Part shown: in pieces, positions 40,080-50,339 of the stretch
Layout of the letters: every line of letters starts with the position of its first letter
Position numbering within the stretch: position 1 is the first letter of the stretch
Assembly (NCBI GenBank): GCA_020350885.1
Contig: CP070727.1
Coordinates: forward strand, 757,007-821,006
Direction: 5' to 3'
DNA length: 64,000 bases
From: a bacterium
GTDB lineage: Bacteria; Krumholzibacteriota; Krumholzibacteriia; Krumholzibacteriales; Krumholzibacteriaceae
Made by a program: the position numbers and the translations under genes
Notes under the pieces: generated by a model
Told to the model about the DNA's origin: nothing
Database searches by the model: none
What the model saw: only the letters and a program-made list of their open reading frames with translations

Positions 40080-43000
40080 TTAGTCTAACTCCTGTGAATC
40101 GTATATGATATTCCCATCACCAACCAGTACAAAGGTGGCCCAGAAAGCAGTTCGCCCCGAATCCCTCCACCCGAGTGCCTCGAGCTGGGTATCCCTGAGT
40201 GCCGAGGCGGCGGCGTTTCCCTCGCGGAGCCGGCGATAGAAGGAGAGCATGAACCGTCCCGTATACCGGTCGGGGACATCCATCTGCGTGGCGAGCACAC
40301 CGTGCGCTCCGGCATAGAGGAACGCCTGGGTGAGACCTGTAATCCCTTCCCCATAGGCCAACACGCCACCGGCCGACTTGCATCCTGATAGAACTACAAG
40401 AGATGCATTGAGCCTGAGCCCTGCCACCTCGTGCCACTGGAACAGTCCGTCCTCGGTAGCTATTTCAACCATATCCACCGAGCCGTCGCGAGTAGCACGC
40501 TCCTCCCTGCGCATCCGTGCATCATCACCGGATCTTCCCGGCAGGATCCCGAACTCACTTTCAGGATTCAAGACGATGAAGGAACGTCTTACATCCTCGT
40601 TATCAACATAGATATGGGAAGCGATGTGAATAATCTCGGCGTTCCCGATGGGGCTCTCTTTGAATGAGCGCTCACCGGCACCGGTACCGGTCAGAATGAA
40701 GGAAGAGGGGAAAAGGCGTGCAACGGACCGTGCCTCCTCCGATGCATGGGGGAGCAGTTCAATCGGAATGTCCGTGAATGGGTAAACACGCTTGCGTTTC
40801 AAGGTACCCGTGTTGCCGGCTCCCTCGGCACCGAGAGCGATAATATCGTAGTCCAAATGCTTCCCGCCCTCACTTCGTGAGGCGAACCGACGTCTGAGGT
40901 ATGATAGGGACCGTAGCGAGGGAGTGTAATAGATCCGGTGCCGTTCGACCAGATAGCCTTCGTCACTGCGGAGCAGGGAGAAGGGAAGGCGGTTGAGCAA
41001 TCCGTCAGGCACGATAACGAGCGTTTCTCCGTCTAGATCCCCCTCCACGGGGCCCAGCAGCAGTTCATAGAGCTCCCGCTCGGCCGCGTGGAGAACTCCC
41101 GCCGGCAGGGAGTACGAGGGACGGGATAGCCGTTTTCCGGTTTCGACCGCCTCCTCGTGGGTCTGCCTGAGCAGCTGAAGAAACCGTCCCACGCGCTCCT
41201 CGATCTCTTTCCGTGGCGGGAGTGGATGAATCGAGAAGATACCTCCCCGAACGCTGAAGAGGTATGAACCCTCCCGCCCGAGGAAGTACGACAGCATCCG
41301 CTCGGATTCACGGAGACTGGCAACGAGCCCATCGAGCTCATCACCGGCAGGATAGAGCGCCGCCGTGTATGCCTCGTTCTGAGCTGCCATACGAACACGG
41401 AGCCCGACGAACTCCCGCTCGAGAGCAGTGACCTGATCCAACAGTTCACGGCGCTTCTCTCCCGAGATCGAACCGTCCTGGAGCCTTCCCTGTAGGAACG
41501 TGAGCTTGGCGATGAGATCCCGTTCCTCACCCACGAGCTCGCCGGCACCACCCCGTTCGATTCTATGCAGGGCCTCCCGCATGAGTGCAGCCAGTATCTG
41601 TGCCCGGGCGCGCTCGGTATACGTGAAAGCCCGGCGTACCGCCCCCCGATCCTCACCCGTTTCGAGGATGAGGGATACCATGAGCTCGTAGGGAACGATC
41701 GCTGGCCGCAGCATGTGGCGCTGGAGCTCGTCGAGCCCCACGCTCCGTCTGAGCGATTCAACACTCACTATCGCACGTTCGAGCATGGAGGCAGCCTCTC
41801 CGTAATCCCCACGTCTGTAGTACAGCTCTGCCAGCCTCACCAGAGATTTCCAGACCAGTTCCTGCAACCCGTTCTCGTCAGCGATAGCCAGCGCATCTCC
41901 GGTCGAGGCGAGTGCTTCATCGATCGATATATCGGTATTACCATAGAGATAGAGTGAACGTGCCTGGATATGCGCCTCCCCCTTGTCAGCCAACAGCCCG
42001 ATTGATCCCTCCAGCATCGCGCGGGCCCGAGCGGATTCCCCGCGCTGGATGTAAACGGAGGCAAGGTTGTTGGTTGCCCAGATCAGGTCAGAGCGATCCT
42101 GGGTTCCGCTCAGCACATCGAGGGTTCGCCGATAGAAGGCCTCGGCGAGATCAGGCCTTCCGGCGGCCAGATAAACCGAACCCATGCCGCTCGTGACGCG
42201 AAAGAGGAGATCACGTTCGTTGCGATCCGTGGCGATGGAAAAGGCACGCTCGTAATGCTTCATCGACTCCGTGTAGTTACCGAGATAGAAGTAAACCGAA
42301 CCGATGCTGAAATGAACGGCGCCAACACCGACACTGTCCCCCAGTTCCTCGTAGATCGCCATCGCACGATGCTCATGGGCAAGGGCCTCCCGGTAGCGGC
42401 CCTGGAGATCGTAGACCATACCGATCGAATTGAGACACCAGGCTACACCCTTGCGGTCACCTAGCTTCTCCCTGACCTCGTAAGCCTGCCGGTAGAACCG
42501 TTCGGCTTCGGAGAAGTTACCCAGGTTGTGGTTCGCCAAAGCGAGACCGCCCAATGTCCAGCTCAGACCGTAGAGGCTTCCCATCTCCTCGTAGACAACG
42601 CGACACCGCTCGTAATGGTCTATCGCTTTGGAATAGTCACCGAGCATCGTGAGATTGTAGCCGAGCCGAAGGCGCGCACCGAGCGCCCCCCAGCGGTTCC
42701 CCCCGTCCGTGTGACGTTCCAGCGACTCTGTGAAGAGATCGAGCGCCTCTTGCCGCTCACCCTCCGCCTCCGCTATCGCACCGAGCCCATAGAAGACATA
42801 ACCGAGGAGCCAGCCCGACCGACACGACACCGCAAGCTCGCGTGACTCCTCTAAGTGTTCCTTCGCCGTAGCAAGGTTGCCCATCCGCGTTTCGGCCTGC
42901 CCCAGGTTGTTGAGGATCGCTGCGGTCCTTTCCACGGTGCCGAGAACGCGTTCCTCGACGAGGGCCCCGCGGTACAGCTCGGCCGCTTCCCCGATCCGCT

Positions 43001-43835
43001 GCTGCTTCTCGCGGATTCGCCCCAGGCCATTCAGGCAATAGCTCCGAACCTGCCGGTGACCACCTTTCTCGGCCCGGCCGAGTGCTTCCCGGTACAGACT
43101 GTCAGCGGCTACCAGATCGTCCGTCAGGTTTTGCGCCTCGGCCCGAAACGCCGCCAGCTCGGCATCCATGCGAAGGAGGAAGTGTAATGCCTTTTGCAAT
43201 ACAGGAGTACGGTCGTCCGGCTTGTCCGCCCTCTCTACTACCCTGGCGGAGAGTAACTCGATACATTTCCCCGCATCGGTTACGGCACGAAATGCGGCGT
43301 CTGGATTACGGGCTCCGAGGAAGCTCTGCGCCTCGCGCCTTCTGAGCACAGCCGCTGAAAGTGTATCGCCCGCGCCAAGCGCAAGCAGCGCCGCCTCACC
43401 GTACGCATCGCCGGCAGCCGCAAAGTCCCGTGCGATGTGGTGCTTCAATGCGCCCGTGTAGAGCTGCAGCATATCACAGTGCGGTTCGGTTTGACCCTCC
43501 GCACAATCCTCAAGAAACGCGATTGCACTATCACTCCGGCAGGATCGCAATTCCGCTTCGACGAGCCCCTCGGCTATTTCGATCCGGCAGGGATCTTCCA
43601 TGACGAATCGCTCGAAGAAGAGCAGTGCTGCAACGTTATCACCGGCATCGAGTAAAAGCGCTCCTTCGCCTGCTCTCTGGAGGCGTTCCTCGATACCATC
43701 CGAACGCTCGGATCCGCCGTATCCGGGGTGAATGTTACGATTCTGGTATGTTCTTCTGGAAAATCCGGAAAAGGGCACGGATAGTATTAAGACGAGAATG
43801 AATAAAGACCGGGCAGTGGATGTCAAACGTTTCAT
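40080..43835 (-). CDS. TPR-CHAT caspase-like protease with N-terminal signal/anchor
   Basis: MKR+LFILVLILSVPF N-terminus; more than 10 TPRs; IVPDGLLNRLPF, IHIASH (His 40614-40616), LSGC (Cys 40380-40382), FWATFVLVGD. Confidence 0.93.
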   Translation of the reverse strand: MKRLTSTARSLFILVLILSVPFSGFSRRTYQNRNIHPGYGGSERSDGIEERLQRAGEGALLLDAGDNVAALLFFERFVMEDPCRIEIAEGLVEAELRSCRSDSAIAFLEDCAEGQTEPHCDMLQLYTGALKHHIARDFAAAGDAYGEAALLALGAGDTLSAAVLRRREAQSFLGARNPDAAFRAVTDAGKCIELLSARVVERADKPDDRTPVLQKALHFLLRMDAELAAFRAEAQNLTDDLVAADSLYREALGRAEKGGHRQVRSYCLNGLGRIREKQQRIGEAAELYRGALVEERVLGTVERTAAILNNLGQAETRMGNLATAKEHLEESRELAVSCRSGWLLGYVFYGLGAIAEAEGERQEALDLFTESLERHTDGGNRWGALGARLRLGYNLTMLGDYSKAIDHYERCRVVYEEMGSLYGLSWTLGGLALANHNLGNFSEAERFYRQAYEVREKLGDRKGVAWCLNSIGMVYDLQGRYREALAHEHRAMAIYEELGDSVGVGAVHFSIGSVYFYLGNYTESMKHYERAFSIATDRNERDLLFRVTSGMGSVYLAAGRPDLAEAFYRRTLDVLSGTQDRSDLIWATNNLASVYIQRGESARARAMLEGSIGLLADKGEAHIQARSLYLYGNTDISIDEALASTGDALAIADENGLQELVWKSLVRLAELYYRRGDYGEAASMLERAIVSVESLRRSVGLDELQRHMLRPAIVPYELMVSLILETGEDRGAVRRAFTYTERARAQILAALMREALHRIERGGAGELVGEERDLIAKLTFLQGRLQDGSISGEKRRELLDQVTALEREFVGLRVRMAAQNEAYTAALYPAGDELDGLVASLRESERMLSYFLGREGSYLFSVRGGIFSIHPLPPRKEIEERVGRFLQLLRQTHEEAVETGKRLSRPSYSLPAGVLHAAERELYELLLGPVEGDLDGETLVIVPDGLLNRLPFSLLRSDEGYLVERHRIYYTPSLRSLSYLRRRFASRSEGGKHLDYDIIALGAEGAGNTGTLKRKRVYPFTDIPIELLPHASEEARSVARLFPSSFILTGTGAGERSFKESPIGNAEIIHIASHIYVDNEDVRRSFIVLNPESEFGILPGRSGDDARMRREERATRDGSVDMVEIATEDGLFQWHEVAGLRLNASLVVLSGCKSAGGVLAYGEGITGLTQAFLYAGAHGVLATQMDVPDRYTGRFMLSFYRRLREGNAAASALRDTQLEALGWRDSGRTAFWATFVLVGDGNIIYDSQELD

Positions 43836-43864
43836 TCCCTCTCACTTTGACCAAGTCCGTTACC

Positions 43865-43873
43865 ATTATAGCA
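43865..43873 (-). promoter_or_regulatory. Extended -10 element TGCTATAAT upstream of the CHAT-sigma-anti-sigma operon
   Basis: Exact TGnTATAAT about 30 nt before ATG 43835. Confidence 0.65.
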
Positions 43874-43924
43874 TAAAACCATTGATTCGAGAATAAAAGC
43901 CGAATGGATAGAATTCCCTATCGA

Positions 43925-44923
43925 TTATCCCCCCTCCCCCGCCGGCATCGATCGCCAGAGCTTCCAGATATCGTCCAAGAGTATCCGTTTCAGTCGAAGC
44001 ATCTCGTCCTTGGAGCCACTGCGCATGATCCCCGCAGCAGCACCCACATGGCCGTCGCCGATATTGAGCGAGCGCATGATCTCTCCGATGTCCTTGCCGT
44101 GCCTGCGCCCGGTCATTCTCATCGAGAGCGACATGGATACAGCGAAGTCGTTCGTTTTTCTTCCTCCGCGAAAGATTGCGTTCAGCGTAAGGACTCCCAA
44201 GGCACCGGGGTGCAGGAGGTATGCGAGATTCTTCACAACGCGAGGGCGGCGCTTGTGGTGCGTGAAGTCGAGGATGATGAGCTCATGGTCTGTGTCTTTC
44301 TCGATGAACGAGACAGACTTGCGAATAAAATCGAGCATGCGCTGCTCCTCTACGCGGTACCGTTCGAGATTCGCTGCAACCTCGGGATCCTCGAGCACCG
44401 ACGGCAGCGGCAGATCCCGCACGAGCCCGGTGAGCTTGTACAGGTACTTCGTTTGATCCCGTGGCGTGGCGAAGTAGGCCTTGAGACTCATATCGACCAG
44501 TTTCCCCGGCGTCTCCGTCCGCCATTCTTCGACGGATCGATAATCAAAGGAATCGATGGTGTCGGCCTCGGCAACGGCCTCCGGGAAATGGGCGGGAAGA
44601 TCTTCCCCGCGCTCGGTAAGGTACTCGAATACAACCCGCGCACATGAAGGTTTCCCGTCGAACCGCCCGGGGATCGAATCGGGATCGATCCCTCTCAAAC
44701 GAAGCGACTCAAGATTGCCGGGATGATGGTCGAACCAGAGCCCGCACTCGAGCGGATAGGGAAGATCACAGACGATATCACGCGAATCGATCGAGATCTC
44801 GGTTTTGTCGATCGCATTTGGTCCGGTGAAGACGATCCGTTCGCATCCAAAGACGTACGAGCAGAGCGCCGCCGATACGATTCCATCGAAGTCACCGTGT
44901 GTTATGATGCGCTCGTAGCTCAT
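43925..44923 (-). CDS. DHH-family phosphoesterase (exopolyphosphatase/nanoRNase-like)
   Basis: THGDFDG, CDLP, WFDHH, GDGH..AAG motifs. Confidence 0.75.
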   Translation of the reverse strand: MSYERIITHGDFDGIVSAALCSYVFGCERIVFTGPNAIDKTEISIDSRDIVCDLPYPLECGLWFDHHPGNLESLRLRGIDPDSIPGRFDGKPSCARVVFEYLTERGEDLPAHFPEAVAEADTIDSFDYRSVEEWRTETPGKLVDMSLKAYFATPRDQTKYLYKLTGLVRDLPLPSVLEDPEVAANLERYRVEEQRMLDFIRKSVSFIEKDTDHELIILDFTHHKRRPRVVKNLAYLLHPGALGVLTLNAIFRGGRKTNDFAVSMSLSMRMTGRRHGKDIGEIMRSLNIGDGHVGAAAGIMRSGSKDEMLRLKRILLDDIWKLWRSMPAGEGG

Positions 44924-45001
44924 GCGATTCCATGTATCCGCGTCCGTGGTATTCGGCCCCTACAGACGGGGCTTACAGCAGCATTGCAAACATCCGAACC
45001 A

Positions 45002-45613
45002 TTACGCCCCGTCTTCCCCGCCGCCCTGGAGATTTTCCCTGATGTAGCGGCAGTAGATCGCGCCGGCCGGATTGTGGGCAAGGACCCGGTCCTTTGCGAT
45101 CAATGTGGTTACGGGAGCTTGGGAGATCATGGTGAAAACGGCATCGTGCCCGACACAGAGACCGCAGATGATGTTGAATTCGGTGCCGGCCTCGTTGAAA
45201 AGGTGGGCGGCACCGGCGGGATTACACATCACTTCATCCTCCCGCTCGGGCCTGATCCGTTCCAGTTCGAAATCGCTCTTCGGTATGCCGCTCACCTTGC
45301 AGCAGACCGAGCAGAGATCGAAGTGCCGGGAGAGGATCTCCCCAATTATCCTTGCCTCCTCCACGAGTCCGATACAGAAGACAAGGCCGAGTTTTAAAAA
45401 TCCCATCTCCCTGGCGAAAAGGATGATTTCACCGATCCGCGGCTCTTTACGGTAATACCTTCCCTAGATCGCCGTTGCCGCCCGGTGTAATCCGGCCAGA
45501 CACTCGTTACCGTAAAGCCCCCTGTCGAACGCCGCCGTTCCGAAACAATCCTTCCCGTCGTAACAGCCGAGATGCTCGCACGATGCGCAGCTTGGTTTCG
45601 GAGTTCGTTTCAT
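45002..45613 (-). pseudogene. DUF1847 metal-binding protein with one in-frame TAG at 45464-45466
   Basis: Hand translation from ATG 45613: MKRTPKPSCASCEHLGCYDGKDC...AATAI*GRYYRKEPRIGEIILFAREMG, in frame with the track ORF carrying CIGL, VCCKV, CNP, GLCVGHD, KDRVLAHNP. Confidence 0.8.
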
Positions 45614-46030
45614 CGTCTCGAACGTCTCCTTCGGGATTCGTCGTGAAAATCAAGGTTGTGCTTGCCCGCCACCGGCACACACCGCAGACCATACCAGATC
45701 GGAGACTGTTCAAAAAGATGTAAAACCGACGATGTTATAAGCCAGAATGCTTCCGTTTACTAAGGAAGTGAAGTTATCGGCGCGGCTGGATACCATGTGA
45801 GAAAAAAGGTTGCCATTGCGGGGGCGCCGAAAAGAAAAGGAGGGGGGCGACAAGAGGTATTGACGCCTCCCTCGACACGCAAGCAACTGAAACGGTACGG
45901 GGGAAAGTGAACACGTCTGCTGCACTTACCCCCGCAATCCGCTTCGCTCACCTAACGTTACCGGAGTAGAATCATTTGCGAGAGGCGCTGAGCTCGGGTG
46001 TTACGAGCCGGCAGAAGTAAACGCCTGATC

Positions 46031-46747
46031 CTACGGGGCGTCTCGAATCGTCGGCGCCGTTCTAGGCAACCTCTCGTCTTTCAGCCTGCACCTCCTTAAC
46101 CAGAAGTGTCCTGACCCGTTGCCCCTTAATGTAACCGTACTCGTGCCGACACTGCCCCGGTTCCCCTTCAACATGAAAATCGGCTCCTGCCGGCCTGCCA
46201 AGGCAGAGCCGACAATCTGCCCCTCACTCTCCAAGCCGGCAGGATGCACAAGCGCATTCAACTCAGGATCAATCCACGGTGCGAGCACCCGCATGAAAGA
46301 CCTCGAAACGGCATCCACGCGGGCATCGAGAGCCTCGATTCTGCTACGATCAATCTCCCATGCTTCACCACGAAGGACGGGCTCAAGGATCACCGGGATC
46401 GCCCGCTCCGCTCCTTGACGCTTCCCCGCCAGCCCCCGCATAGCCGCCAAGGCGTATGCACTGTCAAGATTCTTTCTGTCATACTCCTCGACGAGCCCGT
46501 AGAGCACGGGGCCGAGCTTGCCGTGATCCCTATTCGAGCTACCCCGGGCTCCGTATACCGATGCCGTAAGGATCAAGATACCGATAATGATGGAGACCAC
46601 GAGAGCAACCGTGAGCCCGATCCTTCGAGTCCAGCTATCCCTGTCATCGCTTGAGATGGAAATGCTTCTTGAAGATGTTCGTGTTCCGTTCCTGTGTCCC
46701 GAATGATTTCTATGCGAATTGAGTGAGGATCCCATCTGTATCTCCAA
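46031..46747 (-). pseudogene. Probable truncated secreted protein (S8 pro-domain-like N-terminus, no catalytic domain)
   Basis: Signal/TM then KLGPVL..VILEP..ID...IEALDARVDAVSRSFMRVLAP; the remainder has no recognisable motifs. Confidence 0.4.
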
Positions 46748-46997
46748 ATTGCATCTGTTGGCGACGTATATCGATCCACCCTTTTACTCCTGCGGATGAA
46801 GAATCATGGTAGGTGGGTCGGGCAGGAGCTGGCCGGTTTTTCTCTGGCCCCTCATGAACCGATATTTATTGCATATTAATAATAATTGTAAACTAAGAAT
46901 TGCGCAACAGCATATTTACAAGAAAAAGGTAATTCAAGCTATTTTAAGTTGTTACAGCGAAACGAGACGCACGGGATTCGCGGGTCCGATACGGCGA

Positions 46998-48203
46998 TCA
47001 CTCTTCATGATGCGGTCCCCGCCGGACCGCATCATGCCCGAACCGCTCGACGATCTCATCGACGGCGCGTTCGACACGTTCCCACTTTTCATCCTCCTGC
47101 GACTGCCCTTCGAAGAGTGTCATCTGAGACTGTGAACCGGCGGATTCGAGATTCGAGACACCCACACCGATGAGGCGAACCTTCGATCCGAGCTGATACG
47201 CCCGGAGGAGCTTCATCGCCTCCTTGAATATGACATCACTCATCTGGGTGGGATGCTCGAGCGTGGCACTCCGGGTATACTGCTTGAAATCGGCATGCTT
47301 GATCTTGATCGTCACCGTCTTTCCCCTGAAGCCCTGTTTCCTGAGTCTCCTGCCGACACGCTCGGATTGTGTACCGAGGTACCGTTTGAGAACCGTTTTG
47401 CTGTCCGTATCCTCCTCGAGTGTCTGCTCGGTACTTATCGATTTCGGCTCCGTATACGGTACGACCGGGGAGCGGTCTTCGCACCGGGCTATACCGAGAA
47501 GCCACGAGCCGAACTTCCCGAAACGCTCCACGAGCCATTCCTCTCTGTGCCGTTCGATATCGCCGACATAATGAATACCGATACGAGTGAGCTGCTCCAT
47601 ACCCTTCACGCCGATTCCCGGTACCTTCTCGACCGGGAGCCGTTCCAGAAAATCATGCACCTCAGCCGGGGGAATCACCGTAAGACCGTCCGGCTTCTCC
47701 ATATCCGAGGCGATCTTCGCCAGGTACTTGCAGATCGAGACACCAATCGAGCAGGTGAGCGAGGTCCGCTCCCGTATCCGTGCCTTGATCTTCGCCGCCG
47801 TCCGCCGGGGATCGCCGAAGAGCTTGCCGGTGCCCGTGAGATCGATAAAGGCCTCGTCCACGGAGACCTGCTCTACGAGGGGAGAAAACTCCTGCAGGCA
47901 ATGCATGACGATACGGGAGACCTCCCGATAGCGCCGCATGCGCACCGGTAGAAAGATCCCTCCCGGACAGAGTCGCTTCGCCCTGAATATCGGCATCGCA
48001 GAGTGCACGCCGAAGGCACGAGCCTCGTAGCTGGCCGCGGAGACTACCCCCCGCCGCTCGCCCCCACCCACGATCACGGGCTTTCCGGCCAGCTCCGGAT
48101 TATCGAGGATCTCGATGGACGCATAGAAGGCATCCATGTCGATATGTGCGATAACACGGTGATCGGAACTCCAATTATTACTCGGCATAGAAGCATCCAT
48201 CAT
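46998..48203 (-). CDS. dinB: DNA polymerase IV
   Basis: HIDMDAFYASIE, ASYEAR.FGVHSAM, SVDEAF, AKIASD..KPDG; start between 48188 and 48203. Confidence 0.95.
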   Translation of the reverse strand: MMDASMPSNNWSSDHRVIAHIDMDAFYASIEILDNPELAGKPVIVGGGERRGVVSAASYEARAFGVHSAMPIFRAKRLCPGGIFLPVRMRRYREVSRIVMHCLQEFSPLVEQVSVDEAFIDLTGTGKLFGDPRRTAAKIKARIRERTSLTCSIGVSICKYLAKIASDMEKPDGLTVIPPAEVHDFLERLPVEKVPGIGVKGMEQLTRIGIHYVGDIERHREEWLVERFGKFGSWLLGIARCEDRSPVVPYTEPKSISTEQTLEEDTDSKTVLKRYLGTQSERVGRRLRKQGFRGKTVTIKIKHADFKQYTRSATLEHPTQMSDVIFKEAMKLLRAYQLGSKVRLIGVGVSNLESAGSQSQMTLFEGQSQEDEKWERVERAVDEIVERFGHDAVRRGPHHEE

Positions 48204-48351
48204 ACTATTCCCTGGATAGTATATACAAAGTCGTTGGTGGATGGAAGAACGCTGCGCTACAGGAGGATCCGTATCTTCCGTGTCATGATCCCGTCAGCCG
48301 TGCTACCCCGGAGGACCACCATCTCGCCGGTGATCGATTCTGTTGTAGACG

Positions 48352-50196
48352 CTATCGGAGGACCGCCATCTTCCGCGAGATCGTCTTCACCCCGGCCCTG
48401 AGACGGTAGAAGTAGACACCGGAGCTCACCTGCACACCGCCAGCATCCCGACCGTCCCATGTGACTTCATAGTGCCCCGGCTCCTGGTCTTTATCGACCA
48501 GGCCGATCAACCGCCGCCCGGAGACATCGAAGATCTCGAGAACAACCCTTCCTGCCTCGGGGAGATGATAGCTGAGCGTCGTCACCGGGTTGAATGGATT
48601 CGGATAGTTCTGGTAGAGCGTGAGCGGCAGCCTGGGCTGCTCGGGTGTATCGGAAACCGGGAAGTTATCGACCGAGTATCCGGAGTCGGGACAGGAGATG
48701 TAACGGCTGGTATCCGGAGGATCGGTCACCGCCTGTATGTAATAGACCGACCAGTAGATACCCGCCTCCGTCGAATCACCCATGGTGGGTAGCGGCACGG
48801 TGTACTCGGGTTGCCGGACGGCCGGCACCAGCTCGATGAGATCCCAGCCAGGGGGCGGATCGGTCCTTCGATAGATCTCGTAGCCGGTGACCGCCCCGTT
48901 CGTCCTGTCGAGATATGCCTTTGAGAATGTCATCGATACCCATCCGCCGGTATCGTCGGGCATGTCGGTGATGGAGAGGATGCACGGTGTATAGTTAAAG
49001 AGCGTCTTTTCCGCACGGTTGTTGTCCTCGAAGCATTCCGGCACCTGTTCCAGGTCGTCTGCGTAGACCTTGACATACTGGTTCCAGTCCCGCACGGGCG
49101 GCATGATAAAGTTCGAGTGGACATGAAGCGTCTCCCCGGCGGCAAGGCCACCGCAGTGTATCGTATCCATGATCTCCTCGACCATTCCTTCGCCGGTATT
49201 CCAATTGAAGCGTACCGATGTACGGAAGGGACCTGCCTGGTATTGCCCTGCATTAACGATATCGAAGTCGACGTCGTACGGCGTGCAAGCTTCGTAGATC
49301 CCGTCCGGTTCCACGACGAGATTGCGAGCCCTGAGATCAGGGCAGTAATTTAAGGTCGCTACCGACGGGCAGTTGTGAGGCCACCCTTCGAAATCCCTGA
49401 TGTTATCGGCTCTGAGGGAATAGCTCCCGATCTCCTGCGAGAGCTCGGAGCCGAGATCGACCAGCACCGTCTGGCTGTCGGCAAGCATCGTGACACCGGT
49501 CACGGGAATGGTGCTCTCGGGGTTCCAGGTTTCATAGACACTGTAATGTGAGGGATCCTCCGCCGATGCCTCATCCACCTTGAAGGTGAAGCGTGCCTGT
49601 ATCTGCATCGGAGTCTGAACGACGACCTCCTCGATGTACGGGGTGCAGTGCCCGTACCCTTCGCAGAGGATGGCCGTTGTGCCGTATATCTCGAAGAGCT
49701 CGTGATTCGGATAGTAGGTGCCGCGCAGGTGGCCGCTCCGTGGATCGGGGCCGATCACGATCGGATAATCTATTATATCGCCTCCTCCCCAGCCACACGG
49801 TGCGAGTGTGATGCAGTTGAAGGCGCAGATGAAGTTGTAGCCGTCGGTGAATCCATCGAGCGGCGGCCAGAAGGCGATCGCATGACCCTGCAAAGGATCC
49901 CCGATCCAGATGACCTTACGGTTGGGATAATATGCATCGACAACGATAAATAATGCATGGCTCGGATCGGTCGGCGTCTGGAGCTGGTACTCGACTGCCG
50001 TCACGAAGTGGTTCGCATCGCACAGGTATATATAGGCCGGGAAGAACGTAAACGGCTCCGGCTGTAAAATGGAATGTTCACTGCACCCGGGTGCGCTGAA
50101 ATAGACGCCCATCGTAGGGATTGCGTGAGTGCCGGACGGCACCAAAATAGAGACAGTAATCGTCAGAATTATGGTAGCTAAGAGCCCGCGTTTCAT
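48352..50196 (-). CDS. Secreted Ig-like/CARDB multidomain protein with FlgD/Por-type C-terminal domain
   Basis: Signal peptide; PDL....V.N.G...AG.F..S, ECFEDNN CARDB motifs; LYQNYPNPFNP...SSGVYFYRL tail. Confidence 0.8.
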   Translation of the reverse strand: MKRGLLATIILTITVSILVPSGTHAIPTMGVYFSAPGCSEHSILQPEPFTFFPAYIYLCDANHFVTAVEYQLQTPTDPSHALFIVVDAYYPNRKVIWIGDPLQGHAIAFWPPLDGFTDGYNFICAFNCITLAPCGWGGGDIIDYPIVIGPDPRSGHLRGTYYPNHELFEIYGTTAILCEGYGHCTPYIEEVVVQTPMQIQARFTFKVDEASAEDPSHYSVYETWNPESTIPVTGVTMLADSQTVLVDLGSELSQEIGSYSLRADNIRDFEGWPHNCPSVATLNYCPDLRARNLVVEPDGIYEACTPYDVDFDIVNAGQYQAGPFRTSVRFNWNTGEGMVEEIMDTIHCGGLAAGETLHVHSNFIMPPVRDWNQYVKVYADDLEQVPECFEDNNRAEKTLFNYTPCILSITDMPDDTGGWVSMTFSKAYLDRTNGAVTGYEIYRRTDPPPGWDLIELVPAVRQPEYTVPLPTMGDSTEAGIYWSVYYIQAVTDPPDTSRYISCPDSGYSVDNFPVSDTPEQPRLPLTLYQNYPNPFNPVTTLSYHLPEAGRVVLEIFDVSGRRLIGLVDKDQEPGHYEVTWDGRDAGGVQVSSGVYFYRLRAGVKTISRKMAVLR

Positions 50197-50238
50197 CTCT
50201 CATCCCACCCTAGTAATCTTTGAATGGATTCATTTAAT

Positions 50239-50247
50239 ATTATAACA
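50239..50247 (-). promoter_or_regulatory. Extended -10 element TGTTATAAT
   Basis: Exact TGnTATAAT about 40 nt before ATG 50196. Confidence 0.6.
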
Positions 50248-50339
50248 AAAACAGCAATGGGTTTCCAGTGAATGTGAGTGCTAAATGGCTGAGTGAAATA
50301 CTACTTAATTCTACGCGACCACTCTTGACACTCTCTTGT

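Noticed and set aside
38715-43835. Type III-E CRISPR Craspase locus (Csx29/Csx30/RpoE)
   Set aside because: No Cas7-11, Csx30/31 or array; the CHAT appears exported and the sigma partner is a ZAS-TM anti-sigma
45950-46006. Plus-strand attC-like element ACCTAAC...GCTGAGCTCGGGTGTTACGA
   Set aside because: The 3' half resembles attC ends, but the L boxes are not complementary, R' is off-consensus and there is no co-oriented upstream gene
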